Positions 26,315 to 36,306 of a stretch of 37,853 bases of DNA are shown piece by piece. Made by a program: the position numbers and the translations under genes. The DNA is taken from positions 1 to 37,853 of the forward strand of contig QWRL01000004.1 in the NCBI GenBank assembly GCA_003670425.1, read 5' to 3'. Under the pieces are notes generated by a model, which worked only from the letters and a program-made list of their open reading frames with translations, searched no databases and had not been told where the DNA came from. The DNA comes from Chloroflexota bacterium (GTDB lineage Bacteria; Chloroflexota; Anaerolineae; Anaerolineales; UBA11657). How positions within the stretch are numbered: the first letter of the stretch is position 1; every line of letters starts with the position of its first letter.

Positions 26315-27625
26315 GTGACAGAACATGTAGTCTTGCGCCACCGGCAGCCCGGCTTGGAGAATATCAACCAGCTGGCTGCGTATCAGGCCAGCGGCGGCTT
26401 TGAAGCGTACCGGACTGTTGTGACCAGCATGACCCCGCAAGCTGTGATTGATTTGATCAAGGCCAGCGGATTGCGCGGCCGCGGCGGTGCGGGTTTCCCC
26501 ACCGGCGTCAAGTGGTCATTCCTTAGCAACCGCTTTCCGCGCTATGTGGTGGCCAACTCTGATGAGTCCGAGCCCGGCACTTTTAAAGACCGCGAGATTA
26601 TGGAGCGCAACCCGTTCCAGTTTCTTGAGGGATTGATGATTGCGTCTTACGCCGCCCAAGCCAGCACCGCTTACAACTATTTGCGCGGCGAGTTTTGGGA
26701 GCTGGCTGCGCGCCTGGATGCGCAAATTGCAGAGCTGCATGCGGCCGGCCTGCTTGGCAAGAATGTGCTTGGCACGCAGTATTCACTGGCGGTGCACAAT
26801 CATCTGGGCGCGGGTGCGTACATTTGCGGCGAAGAGAGTGCGCTGCTCGAATCGATTGAGGGCAAGCTGGGGCAGCCGCGCCTCAAGCCGCCGTTCCCCG
26901 CCGACCGCGGCTTGTACGGCCAGCCCACTGTGGTGAACAACACCGAGACGCTGGCAAATATTCCGCCGATTGTGGCGCGCGGCGCGGAGTGGTACCGCAC
27001 ACTGGGCACAGAGAGCAGTCCCGGCACCAAGGTCATGTGCCTCTCCGGCCATGTTGCCAACGCCGGCAACTATGAAGTGCCGTTTGGGATTACCTTTCGT
27101 GAATTAATCTTTGGCCTGGCCGGCGGCATCCGGGGCGGGCGCACGCTCAAGGCTATTCTGCCAAGCGGGGCATCCGCCCCCATTCTGGCAGCCACCGACA
27201 AGGTGCTGGACACGCGCCTCACTTACGAGGATGTGGCCGCGCTGGGATCGCAGCTCGGTTCTGCGTCCATCATTCTCATGGACGAGACGGTGGACATGAG
27301 CTGGGTGGCGCTCAAGACCACGCACTTCTTCAAGCACGAGTCCTGCGGCAAGTGCACGCCGTGCCGCGAAGGCACCTATTGGATGACGCACATTCTGGAC
27401 CGCGTGCAGGCGGGCGGGGTGCAGGCCACGGACCTGGCTTTGTTGAGCGATGTGACGCAACAGATTGGCGGAAAGTGTTTGTGCCCGCTGGGAGATTTTG
27501 CGACGAGCGCTGTGGTCTCGAGCCTCAAGTTGTTTCCGGCTGACTACGAGCAGCACCTGATGGGGGCGGCTGCCGTGCCTGCCAAGCCCGCTGCGCGCGC
27601 CAAAGTGGCGCAGCCTGTAAGCTGA
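26315..27625 (+). CDS. nuoF: NADH-quinone oxidoreductase subunit F
   Basis: GLRGRGGAGFPTG, DESEPGTFKD, GAGAYICGEE and ESCGKCTPCREG...C motifs. Confidence 0.96.
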   Translation: MTEHVVLRHRQPGLENINQLAAYQASGGFEAYRTVVTSMTPQAVIDLIKASGLRGRGGAGFPTGVKWSFLSNRFPRYVVANSDESEPGTFKDREIMERNPFQFLEGLMIASYAAQASTAYNYLRGEFWELAARLDAQIAELHAAGLLGKNVLGTQYSLAVHNHLGAGAYICGEESALLESIEGKLGQPRLKPPFPADRGLYGQPTVVNNTETLANIPPIVARGAEWYRTLGTESSPGTKVMCLSGHVANAGNYEVPFGITFRELIFGLAGGIRGGRTLKAILPSGASAPILAATDKVLDTRLTYEDVAALGSQLGSASIILMDETVDMSWVALKTTHFFKHESCGKCTPCREGTYWMTHILDRVQAGGVQATDLALLSDVTQQIGGKCLCPLGDFATSAVVSSLKLFPADYEQHLMGAAAVPAKPAARAKVAQPVS

Positions 27626-27695
27626 CGCGCACTGCGCAAACTAATTCTGAAAGTAGAAACTATGACTGCGCATTTTCAAGACAGCATCAGCAGCC

Positions 27696-30218
27696 ATGCC
27701 TGAACCAGTTTCCTTCTTTGTGGATGGGCAGCCGGTAACGGCTGCGCCCGGCACGATTGTGGTGGATGCAGCCAAGACGGTGGGCAACGACATCCCCGTG
27801 TTTTGTTATCACCCCAAGCTGGATCCGGTGGGCATGTGCCGCATGTGCCTGGTGGAGATTGGCATGCCGCAGCGCGATCGCGCCACCGGCGCTGCCGTGC
27901 TGGATGAAGACGGCCAGCCCAAGATAGCGTGGCTGCCAAAATTGCAAACTGCATGCACGACTCCAGTGGCGGCCGGCATGCATGTGCGCACAACAACTGA
28001 TGCAGTAGAACGCGCGCGCAAAGATGTGGTGGAACTAATTCTTACTTCGCATCCGCTGGACTGCCCGGTATGCGACAAGGGCGGCGAGTGCCCGCTGCAG
28101 AATTTGACGATGCGCCACGGCCCCGGCAGCTCGCGCTTTGTGTTTGACGAGAAGATCAAGCTGGAGAAGCATGTGCCGCTTGGCGACCTGATTTATCTGG
28201 ATCGCGAGCGCTGCATTCAGTGCGCGCGCTGCACGCGCTTTCAGGAGGATATTGCCGGCGATCCGGTGATCGGCTTTGACCAGCGCGGCCGCAGCCTGCA
28301 GATTGTGACGCACTCCGATCCCGGCTTCGACAGCTATTTTTCCGGCAACACTACTGACATCTGCCCCGTGGGTGCGCTGACCACTGCAGATTTTCGCTTT
28401 GGTGCGCGCCCGTGGGAGCTTAAGCATTCCGATTCGATTTGTACGCATTGCCCCGTGGGCTGCAATCTGCATTTGAATACGCGCCGCTCCGGCGTGGCCG
28501 GCGACTTTGTAATCAAGCGTGTGATGCCGCGCCAGAACGAGCTGGTGAATGAAACCTGGATCTGTGACAAGGGCCGCTTTGGCCAGCACTTTGCCACCAG
28601 CATTGACCGCCTGACGGTGCCGCTGGTGCGGCGCGGCGGGCAGCTGGTGGAAGCCACGTGGGATGAGGCGCTGGCAGCAGTTGCAGCGCGCATGCAAGCA
28701 GCGCCGGGCGCGGTGGCTGCGCTGGCGGGCGAGCGCCTGTCCAATGAAGACTTGTTTGCGCTGCGGCGCTTGATGGAAGGCACCGGCGGGCGGGTGGCGC
28801 TGTGGCCGGGCGCCATGGGCGGCGGTGATGTTGTGCAGCAAGTGGGCGTTGGTGCAGGCACCGACATTGCGCGCGCGAGCGGCGACACCGCAATTGTGCT
28901 GGTGGCGACTGACCTGGAAGAAGAAGCGCCAGTATGGTGGCTGCGCGTGCGCCAGGCCGCCACAAAAGCCGGCGCCACGCTGGACAAAAGCCGCGCACAA
29001 TTGATTGTGCTTAACGGGCGCAGCACAACTGCGGACTCATGCGCAACACATGTGGTGCGCTATGCCTACGGCGCAGAAGCTGCCAGCGTGACGGCGCTGA
29101 CGGCAATGGCAGCGCAAGTGCGGGCGGGTCAGGCGCCGCCAGCGGGCGTGACGGCTGAAATCGCCGGCGCTGCGCAAGCACTGGCTGCCGCCAAAAATAT
29201 TATTGTGTTCTACGGACGCGATGGCTTGGGATACGCGGGCTCAACGGCCGTGGCGCAAGCGTGCGCAAACCTGCTGATTGCCACCGGCAACGGCGGCCGC
29301 CACAACAGCGGGCTGGTGCCAGTGTGGCCGCACAGCAATACGCAAGGTGCGTGGGACATGGGTGTGCGCCCCAGCGGCCTGGGCGCAGCCGAGTTTGCGG
29401 CGGATGCTGCGGTGGTGATTGCAGCCGGCGCCGATCCGTTGGGTGATGGCGAGCAGCTGCCGGGCTCCACGTTTGTGGTGGCGGTGGAGTTGTTTGCCAC
29501 GCTGACGGCGCAGCGCGCTGATGTGGTGCTGCCGGCGCGCGCGTTCACCGAGCGCGAGGGCACGCTCACCAGCGGCGAGCGCCGCGTGCAGCGCTACTAT
29601 CCGGCGCTGCCCGTGCGCGGCCAGGCGCGCGCAGACTGGCAAATCTTTTCGCAGATTGGCGAGCAGCTGGGGCTTGGCAAGAGTCCGGTTTCGGCAGCAG
29701 CCGTCATGTTGGAAATTTCCCGCAGCGTTGCGCACTATGCCGGCATCAACTATCAAGCGCTGGCCAATGTGGAAGCCCAATGGCCGGATGTGGGCGGCAG
29801 TGATTTGTACTACGGTGGCACGGCATTTCAAAACAACGGCGGGCTGGGTGTGCAAACACCGACGCTGATAGAGCGCGGGCAGGCGGTTGCGGCGCTGGCC
29901 GTGGCTGCCGCTGCTGCGCCACCGGAAGGACTGCGGGCCGTGCCGGTTGCGGTGCTGTATGACCGCAGCACAACATTTGTGCGGTCGGCTGTGATGGGGG
30001 CGCACATTCCCGCGCCGTATGTGGAGCTGAATGCTGCGGATGCAGCGCGCATGCAGGTGGCTGATGGTGCGCGCGTGCGCTTGCAGGTGCAAGGGCGCAG
30101 CGCAGAGCTGACGGCACGCGTAAACGGCCGCGCCCCGCTGGGCGTGGTGTTGGTGCCGCAAAGCTTGGGCGGGCTGGTGCTGCACAGCGCGCAGCCGGCA
30201 ACAGTGGAGCGGGCCTGA
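27696..30218 (+). CDS. nuoG: NADH-quinone oxidoreductase subunit G (with the extra N7-type cluster motif)
   Basis: FCYHP, CRMC, HPLDCPVCDKGGEC, CIQCARC, CPVGAL and CTHCPVGC...CDKGRF motifs. Confidence 0.95.
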   Translation: MPEPVSFFVDGQPVTAAPGTIVVDAAKTVGNDIPVFCYHPKLDPVGMCRMCLVEIGMPQRDRATGAAVLDEDGQPKIAWLPKLQTACTTPVAAGMHVRTTTDAVERARKDVVELILTSHPLDCPVCDKGGECPLQNLTMRHGPGSSRFVFDEKIKLEKHVPLGDLIYLDRERCIQCARCTRFQEDIAGDPVIGFDQRGRSLQIVTHSDPGFDSYFSGNTTDICPVGALTTADFRFGARPWELKHSDSICTHCPVGCNLHLNTRRSGVAGDFVIKRVMPRQNELVNETWICDKGRFGQHFATSIDRLTVPLVRRGGQLVEATWDEALAAVAARMQAAPGAVAALAGERLSNEDLFALRRLMEGTGGRVALWPGAMGGGDVVQQVGVGAGTDIARASGDTAIVLVATDLEEEAPVWWLRVRQAATKAGATLDKSRAQLIVLNGRSTTADSCATHVVRYAYGAEAASVTALTAMAAQVRAGQAPPAGVTAEIAGAAQALAAAKNIIVFYGRDGLGYAGSTAVAQACANLLIATGNGGRHNSGLVPVWPHSNTQGAWDMGVRPSGLGAAEFAADAAVVIAAGADPLGDGEQLPGSTFVVAVELFATLTAQRADVVLPARAFTEREGTLTSGERRVQRYYPALPVRGQARADWQIFSQIGEQLGLGKSPVSAAAVMLEISRSVAHYAGINYQALANVEAQWPDVGGSDLYYGGTAFQNNGGLGVQTPTLIERGQAVAALAVAAAAAPPEGLRAVPVAVLYDRSTTFVRSAVMGAHIPAPYVELNAADAARMQVADGARVRLQVQGRSAELTARVNGRAPLGVVLVPQSLGGLVLHSAQPATVERA

Positions 30219-30235
30219 CGGCCGGCGCAAATAAT

Positions 30236-31252
30236 ATGGCTTGGCAGGAAATTGGTTTCATCGCGCTCGAAGCAGCGATCAAGAGCATTCTGCTGGCGTT
30301 TGTGCTGCTGACGGCTTTTGCGTACATGACGTTTGCCGAACGCAAGGTTGCCGCGCTGATGCAGGTGCGCAGCGGCCCGAACCGCGTGGGTCCGTGGGGC
30401 TTGCTGCAGCCGGCTGCGGACGGTGTCAAGGCGCTCTTTAAAGAAGAGATTGTGCCGGCGGGCGCCGACCGCGTGCTGTTTATTGCTGCGCCGATATTGG
30501 TGGCAGTGCCGGCGCTGATCATCATGGCCGTGATTCCGCTTGGCCCGGATATGGTGCTCTTTGGGCGTCCGATGCGCCTCGCAATCACTGACATAAATGT
30601 CGGGACGCTGTATGTGCTTTCAGTGGCATCGGTGGCGGTGTATGGAATTGTGCTCGCCGGCTGGTCATCCGCCAACAAGTTTTCGATGATGGGCGGCATT
30701 CGGGCCACTGCCCAAATGGTGAGTTATGAGCTGGCGCTCGGCCTTTCTTTTGTGGGCCCGATCATGCTGGCGGGCTCATTGAGCCTGCGCGATATTGTGG
30801 TCGCGCAGCAGCAGTCGGTTTGGTATGTGGTGCTGCAGCCGCTGGGCGCGCTGCTGTTCTTTGTGGCTGCGCTGGCCGAGGTCAACCGCGCGCCGTTTGA
30901 CATGCCCGAAGCCGAGCAGGAGCTGACCGCCGGTTACTTTACCGAATACTCCGGCATGAAATTCTCGCTGTTCTTCATGGGCGAATACATCAAGATGATT
31001 GCGGTGAGTGCGCTGACTGCTACGCTGTTCTTCGGCGGTTATCTTGGGCCGATGGTGGACCAGTATCCGCTGCTGGGAATTGTGTATCTGGGGGGCAAGA
31101 CGCTGGCGTTCCTGTTCCTGATGATTTGGATCCGCCTGACGCTGCCGCGCATGCGTTACGACCAGTTGATGGCGTTTGGCTGGAAGCGCATGCTGCCGCT
31201 GGCGCTTGCCAATGTGGTGATAACCGCGGTGGCGCTTGTACTGGCGCAATAG
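30236..31252 (+). CDS. nuoH: NADH-quinone oxidoreductase subunit H
   Basis: ERKV, GPNRVGPWGLLQP, AQMVSYE and NRAPFDMPEAEQEL motifs. Confidence 0.96.
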   Translation: MAWQEIGFIALEAAIKSILLAFVLLTAFAYMTFAERKVAALMQVRSGPNRVGPWGLLQPAADGVKALFKEEIVPAGADRVLFIAAPILVAVPALIIMAVIPLGPDMVLFGRPMRLAITDINVGTLYVLSVASVAVYGIVLAGWSSANKFSMMGGIRATAQMVSYELALGLSFVGPIMLAGSLSLRDIVVAQQQSVWYVVLQPLGALLFFVAALAEVNRAPFDMPEAEQELTAGYFTEYSGMKFSLFFMGEYIKMIAVSALTATLFFGGYLGPMVDQYPLLGIVYLGGKTLAFLFLMIWIRLTLPRMRYDQLMAFGWKRMLPLALANVVITAVALVLAQ

Positions 31253-31260
31253 GGGGCTGA

Positions 31261-31758
31261 ATGTTTATTGAGATCCTTAAGGGCCTTGGCACAACGCTAA
31301 AGCATTCGTTCCAGCCGCGCATCACACTGCAATACCCGGAGGAGAAGCGCCCCGTTCGGCCGCGCTTCAAGGGCCGCCATGAGCTGAAGCGCTATGACAA
31401 CGGGCTGGAGAAATGCATCGGCTGCTCGCTGTGCGCTGCGGCGTGCCCGGCTGATGCAATTTTTGTGGAGGCTTCCGAGAACTCTGATGCAGAGCGTTAC
31501 TCGCCCGGCGAGCGCTACGCGCGCGTGTATGAAATCAACATGCTGCGCTGCATCTTTTGCGGCTTTTGCGAAGACGCCTGCCCCACTGAGGCAATTGTGA
31601 TGGAACACGAGTACGAGCTTTCGTTCTATGACCGGGCGAGCGCCATTTACACAAAGGACATGCTGCTGGTGCCGCCGGCGGGCGCACCGGACACGCCGCA
31701 GCAGGTGGCGCCGGGCAGCTTCAACCGTTCCATTCCGGACATGCATAACCCGGACTGA
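31261..31758 (+). CDS. nuoI: NADH-quinone oxidoreductase subunit I
   Basis: Two CxxCxxCxxxCP motifs and TLQYPEE. Confidence 0.96.
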   Translation: MFIEILKGLGTTLKHSFQPRITLQYPEEKRPVRPRFKGRHELKRYDNGLEKCIGCSLCAAACPADAIFVEASENSDAERYSPGERYARVYEINMLRCIFCGFCEDACPTEAIVMEHEYELSFYDRASAIYTKDMLLVPPAGAPDTPQQVAPGSFNRSIPDMHNPD

Positions 31759-31759
31759 C

Positions 31760-32302
31760 ATGACGGCTGCTCCCCTAATAATCTTTGCGGTTTTGGCGGC
31801 GGTGGCCGTGGCCTCCGGGCTGGCCATGATGCTCAGCCAGAACGCGGTGTACTCGGCATTGTTTTTGGTGATTAACTTTACGGTGGTTGCGGTGCTGTTT
31901 CTAATTCTTGGCGCGCCGTTCATTGCGATGCTGCAAATTACCGTGTATGCCGGCGCGATCATGGTGCTGTTTATATTTGTGATCATGCTGCTGGGCGGAG
32001 AGCGCCTGCCGGCGCCGCAGCAGCGGCTGCGCTGGCAGCAGCCGCTGGCGGTGGTGCTGGTGCTGGCGCTGCTGGCGCTGGCCGGCTACGTGTTCGCGCA
32101 GGGCGCTGCGCCGGCCGCAGTGCTGGCTGAACCGCAAGATTATGGCAGCCCGGCAGCGCTGGGCCTGCTGCTGTTCACAAAGTATTTGTTCCCGTTTGAA
32201 TTTACATCGTTGCTGCTGCTCGTTGCCATGATTGGCGTGGTGGTGCTGACGGCAGTGGAGGAGCGCCGGCGCCGTTTGCCGCGCGCGTCGCGCCGCACAT
32301 GA
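31760..32302 (+). CDS. nuoJ: NADH-quinone oxidoreductase subunit J
   Basis: [17 protein letters not shown] and [15 protein letters not shown] motifs. Confidence 0.94.
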   Translation: MTAAPLIIFAVLAAVAVASGLAMMLSQNAVYSALFLVINFTVVAVLFLILGAPFIAMLQITVYAGAIMVLFIFVIMLLGGERLPAPQQRLRWQQPLAVVLVLALLALAGYVFAQGAAPAAVLAEPQDYGSPAALGLLLFTKYLFPFEFTSLLLLVAMIGVVVLTAVEERRRRLPRASRRT

Positions 32303-32601
32303 TCCCGGTCAACTACTATCTGGCGCTTTCGGCGGTGTTGTTTGGCATTGGTGCGCTGGGCGTGCTGGTGCGCCGCAACGCGCTGGTGATTTTTATGTCG
32401 ATTGAATTGATGCTGAATGCGGCGAATGTGGCGTTTGTTGCGTTCTCGCGCCAGTTTGGCGAGCTTGACGGCCAGATCATGGTGCTGTTTGTGCTTACGG
32501 TTGCGGCGGCGGAAGTTGCCGTGGGCCTGGCGATGATTGTTGCCATCTTTCGTACGCGCGCGTCCATCAACGTGGACGAGCTCAATTTGCTGCGCGGCTA
32601 A
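32299..32601 (+). CDS. nuoK: NADH-quinone oxidoreductase subunit K
   Basis: [11 protein letters not shown] and [11 protein letters not shown] motifs. Confidence 0.96.
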   Translation: MIPVNYYLALSAVLFGIGALGVLVRRNALVIFMSIELMLNAANVAFVAFSRQFGELDGQIMVLFVLTVAAAEVAVGLAMIVAIFRTRASINVDELNLLRG

Positions 32602-32611
32602 GAAGCGGGCC

Positions 32612-34687
32612 ATGTTTGAACTTGCCCCGCTGGTGCTTGCGTTTCCGATTGCCGGCGTGCTGCTCAATCTGCTTTTTGGGCGCTACTTAAACGAGCGCTG
32701 GATCAGCATCATTGGCGTGGCGGCGGTGGGCGGCGCATTTGGGGTTGCCGTCCTGCAGGCGCTGGCGCTGGCCGGCAGCGGCTACCATGCGCATCTGGCG
32801 CTGCTGGCAAACTGGATCGAAGTGGGACAGCTGCAGGCACCGTGGCAGTTGCGCGTGGACACCCTGTCGGTGACCATGATGCTGCTGGTGACGGGCGTGG
32901 GCATGCTCATCCACATTTATGCCAGCGGCTACATGCATGGTGATGCGCGCTTTGCGCGTTTCTTCATCTACCTCAACCTTTTTATCACCGCCATGCTGGT
33001 GCTCGTGGGCGGGGACAACTACCTGATGCTGTTTGTGGGCTGGGAAGGCGTGGGCCTGTGCTCGTTCTTGTTGATTGGCTTTTGGTATGACGCCGGCGAG
33101 CCGAGCGCTTCGGCGCGCGTTGGCGGCGAGCCGCAGGCGGGTGCGGGCAATGCGCGTGCCGGGCGCAAGGCGTTCGTGGTCAACCGCATTGGCGACTTCG
33201 GCTTGCTGCTGGCAATGTTCATGATCTTTTGGCGGGTGGGCTCGCTGCAGTTTGATGCGGTGGCGGATTATTTTTCTGTGCAAGGGGCTGCAGCCGGCGG
33301 GCTGGCAACCGTCATCACGCTGCTGCTGCTGGTTGGGGTGTGCGGCAAGTCGGCACAGATTCCGCTGTTCGTCTGGCTGCCCGACGCGATGGCCGGCCCC
33401 ACTCCCGTTTCCGCGCTTATTCATGCAGCCACCATGGTCACAGCGGGCATCTATCTTGTGGCGCGCTCGGCGGTGATGTTTGAGCTGGCGCCCGTGTCGC
33501 AAATGGTGGTGGCGCTGGTGGGTGCGACGACGGCGTTCATGGCAGGCACGATTGCACTGGCGCAATATGACATCAAGCGCGTGCTGGCGTATTCAACCAT
33601 CAGCCAGCTGGGCTTCATGGTGGCGGCGGTGGGGCTGGGCGGCTATGTGGCCGGCATGTTCCATCTTCTGACGCACGCGTTCTTCAAGGCGCTGCTGTTT
33701 CTTTCGGCCGGTTCGGTTATTCATGGCGTTGAGCACGGTGCGCATGCCACGCATGCGCATGTGGATGTGCAGGATATGCGCGTGATGGGCGGCTTGAGAA
33801 GCAAGATGCCGGTGACGTTTTGGGTTTATCTAATCGGCGCGCTGGCGCTGGCTGGCGTGTTTCCCCTGGCGGGTTTTTGGTCCAAGGATGAGATTCTTGC
33901 GGATGCGTGGCACGTTGGCATGGTGGAGGGGCACTGGCATGGTGTGCTGGTGTACGTGCTGCTGGCGCTGGCGGCGCTTTCCACTGCGCTGTATATGACG
34001 CGCCAGATCATCCTGGTGTTCTTTGGTGCGCCCCGTTCTGAGGCTGCTGCGCATGCGCATGAAAGCGCGCCACTGATGACTGCACCGCTGGTGGTGCTGG
34101 CACTGCTGTCTGTGCTCGGTGGTTTGCTGAACCTGCCGGGCTGGCACGCGCTGGGTACGTGGCTGGAGCACACACACGAGTTCTTTCAAACCGGCGCGTT
34201 CAACGCGTTGGTGGCTGGCATTTCCACGCTGGTGGCGCTGGCCGGAATCGGGCTTGGCTACCGCGTTTATTTTCTGGCGCCACGCACCACCGCGGATGCT
34301 GCAGACGCGCTGCAGCCGGCGCTGGGGCCCATGTTTGGGTTTCTGCGCGGCAAGTGGTTTGTGGATGAGCTGTACGACGCTGTGATCGTGCGCCCGTTTG
34401 AGCGCGGTGCGCGCAGCCTGGCCTTTGCGCTGGATTGGAATTTCTGGCATGACGGCTTTCATAACTCAGTGCTGGCGGCGGGCTTTCGCATGCTGGCAGC
34501 ATTTCTTTCCGGACCGGTGGACAAAACCGTCATTGACCGCCTGTTCGACGCTCTGGCGGGCGCCGTCCGGGTGGTGGGCAGCCGCAACCTGCAGCGCTTG
34601 CAGACCGGTTACGTGCGCAACTACGCGTTGGGCGTGGTGCTCGGCGTAGTGGCCGTGATGGGTTACTTTGTGAGCCGGAGCATTTAG
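32612..34687 (+). CDS. nuoL: NADH-quinone oxidoreductase subunit L (691 aa, extended lateral helix)
   Basis: GWEGVG, NRIGD, KSAQIPL, WLPDAMAGPTPVSALIHAATMV, HAFFKA, SKDEIL and LQTG motifs. Confidence 0.95.
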   Translation: MFELAPLVLAFPIAGVLLNLLFGRYLNERWISIIGVAAVGGAFGVAVLQALALAGSGYHAHLALLANWIEVGQLQAPWQLRVDTLSVTMMLLVTGVGMLIHIYASGYMHGDARFARFFIYLNLFITAMLVLVGGDNYLMLFVGWEGVGLCSFLLIGFWYDAGEPSASARVGGEPQAGAGNARAGRKAFVVNRIGDFGLLLAMFMIFWRVGSLQFDAVADYFSVQGAAAGGLATVITLLLLVGVCGKSAQIPLFVWLPDAMAGPTPVSALIHAATMVTAGIYLVARSAVMFELAPVSQMVVALVGATTAFMAGTIALAQYDIKRVLAYSTISQLGFMVAAVGLGGYVAGMFHLLTHAFFKALLFLSAGSVIHGVEHGAHATHAHVDVQDMRVMGGLRSKMPVTFWVYLIGALALAGVFPLAGFWSKDEILADAWHVGMVEGHWHGVLVYVLLALAALSTALYMTRQIILVFFGAPRSEAAAHAHESAPLMTAPLVVLALLSVLGGLLNLPGWHALGTWLEHTHEFFQTGAFNALVAGISTLVALAGIGLGYRVYFLAPRTTADAADALQPALGPMFGFLRGKWFVDELYDAVIVRPFERGARSLAFALDWNFWHDGFHNSVLAAGFRMLAAFLSGPVDKTVIDRLFDALAGAVRVVGSRNLQRLQTGYVRNYALGVVLGVVAVMGYFVSRSI

Positions 34688-34726
34688 CCCCGCAACGCTG
34701 CATCAAAGCATGAGGCATTCTTCATA

Positions 34727-36247
34727 ATGGAAATTCTGAACTTTTTATCCTCCACCCTTTTGCTGGTGGTTTTCTTTCCGCTGCTGGGCGCAGTGGTGTT
34801 GCTGTTCATCAACCGCGAGCAAAAAGATCTCATTCGCTGGCTGGCGGTTGTGTTTTCGCTCGCCACCTTTGCGCTGTCGCTGGTGATGCTGGCGCAGTTT
34901 GATGCGCGTGTGCCCGGCGAACAGCTGACTGTGGTTGTGCCCTGGATTCAAGTGGGCTCCAGCTGGAACATCAATTTCCATTTGGGCCTCGATGGCATGA
35001 GCATCCTGCTGGTGCTGCTCACCACGCTGCTGACGCCGATCGCAATCTTCAGCTCATGGACCGCCATTCAAGAGCGCGTTAAAGAATACATGATCTTTTT
35101 CCTGATGCTCGAGACCGGCATGCTGGGCGTGTTCCTCTCGCTCGATCTGTTTTTGTTTTACATCTTTTGGGAATTTACGCTGGTGCCGATGTATTTTCTG
35201 ATTGGGATCTGGGGCGGCTCCAACCGTATTTATGCCGCGCTGAAATTCTTTCTTTATACGATGGCTGGATCCATCTTGATGCTGGTTGCCATCTTGTGGC
35301 TGGGTATCTACCAAGGCACATTTTCTGTGCCGGAGCTGGCGGCGCGCGGCGGCATCGATCCCGGCATGCAGCGCTGGCTGTTTCTGGCGTTCGCGGCAGC
35401 CTTTGCCATCAAGGTGCCCATGTGGCCGCTGCACTCCTGGCTGCCGGACGCGCATGTGGAGGCGCCCACAGCCGGCTCGGTGATTTTGGCTGGTGTGCTG
35501 TTAAAGCTCGGCACCTATGGCTTTCTGCGATTCAACCTGGCGCTCTTTCCTGATGCGTCCTTGTATTTTGCGCCGCTGATGGCAACCCTGGCCGTGATCG
35601 GCATTGTGTACGGGGCAATCGTGTCCTACCCGCAGCGCGATGTAAAGAAGCTGGTGGCGTACTCATCAGTGAGCCACTTGGGCTTTGTGATGCTGGGCTT
35701 GTTTGCGCTAAATACCCAGGGCATTCAAGGTGCTGTGCTGCAGATGGTTAATCACGGTCTTTCCACTGGTGCACTGTTCTTGCTTGTGGGCATGATCTAC
35801 GAACGCCGGCACACGCGCGACTTGGGTGAGTTCGGCGGTTTGTGGACGGGCATGCCCGTGTATGGCACGCTGATGTTGATCGTGGTGCTGTCTTCCATGG
35901 GCCTGCCGGGCCTGAACGGATTTGTGGGCGAGTTCACTATTCTGCTGGGTGCGTTTGGGTCGGAGGCGCTGGCTTCACCGGTTTACACAATTGTTGCGGC
36001 GTTTGGTGTAATTCTGGCGGCGATTTACTTGTTGTGGATGTTTCAGAAAATGTTTCTGGGCCAGATTACCAACCCCAAGAACGAGAATCTGCCTGACCTC
36101 AACTGGCGCGAAGTGCTGGTGCTGGTGCCTTTGCTGGTCTTGATTTTTTGGATTGGCTTGTACCCGCAGCCTTTCTTTAATTTGATCCAGTCCTCGGTGG
36201 GCGATCTTGCAAACTCGTTTAGTGCGGCCGGCATTGCCGCGCGCTAG
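34727..36247 (+). CDS. nuoM: NADH-quinone oxidoreductase subunit M
   Basis: FWEFTLVPMY, KFFLYT, WLPDAHVEAPT, LLKLGTYG, AYSSVSH and GFVGEF motifs. Confidence 0.96.
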   Translation: MEILNFLSSTLLLVVFFPLLGAVVLLFINREQKDLIRWLAVVFSLATFALSLVMLAQFDARVPGEQLTVVVPWIQVGSSWNINFHLGLDGMSILLVLLTTLLTPIAIFSSWTAIQERVKEYMIFFLMLETGMLGVFLSLDLFLFYIFWEFTLVPMYFLIGIWGGSNRIYAALKFFLYTMAGSILMLVAILWLGIYQGTFSVPELAARGGIDPGMQRWLFLAFAAAFAIKVPMWPLHSWLPDAHVEAPTAGSVILAGVLLKLGTYGFLRFNLALFPDASLYFAPLMATLAVIGIVYGAIVSYPQRDVKKLVAYSSVSHLGFVMLGLFALNTQGIQGAVLQMVNHGLSTGALFLLVGMIYERRHTRDLGEFGGLWTGMPVYGTLMLIVVLSSMGLPGLNGFVGEFTILLGAFGSEALASPVYTIVAAFGVILAAIYLLWMFQKMFLGQITNPKNENLPDLNWREVLVLVPLLVLIFWIGLYPQPFFNLIQSSVGDLANSFSAAGIAAR

Positions 36248-36306
36248 ATTGTTGCGGCAGCCTACAGTTTGGCAGTTGCGCCGCCTGCGCCAACGGATTT
36301 AGCAGC

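Noticed and set aside
34727-36247. nuoM appears more T-rich than its neighbours (possible foreign origin)
   Set aside because: Explainable by high Phe/Leu/Ile content; cannot be quantified by eye.
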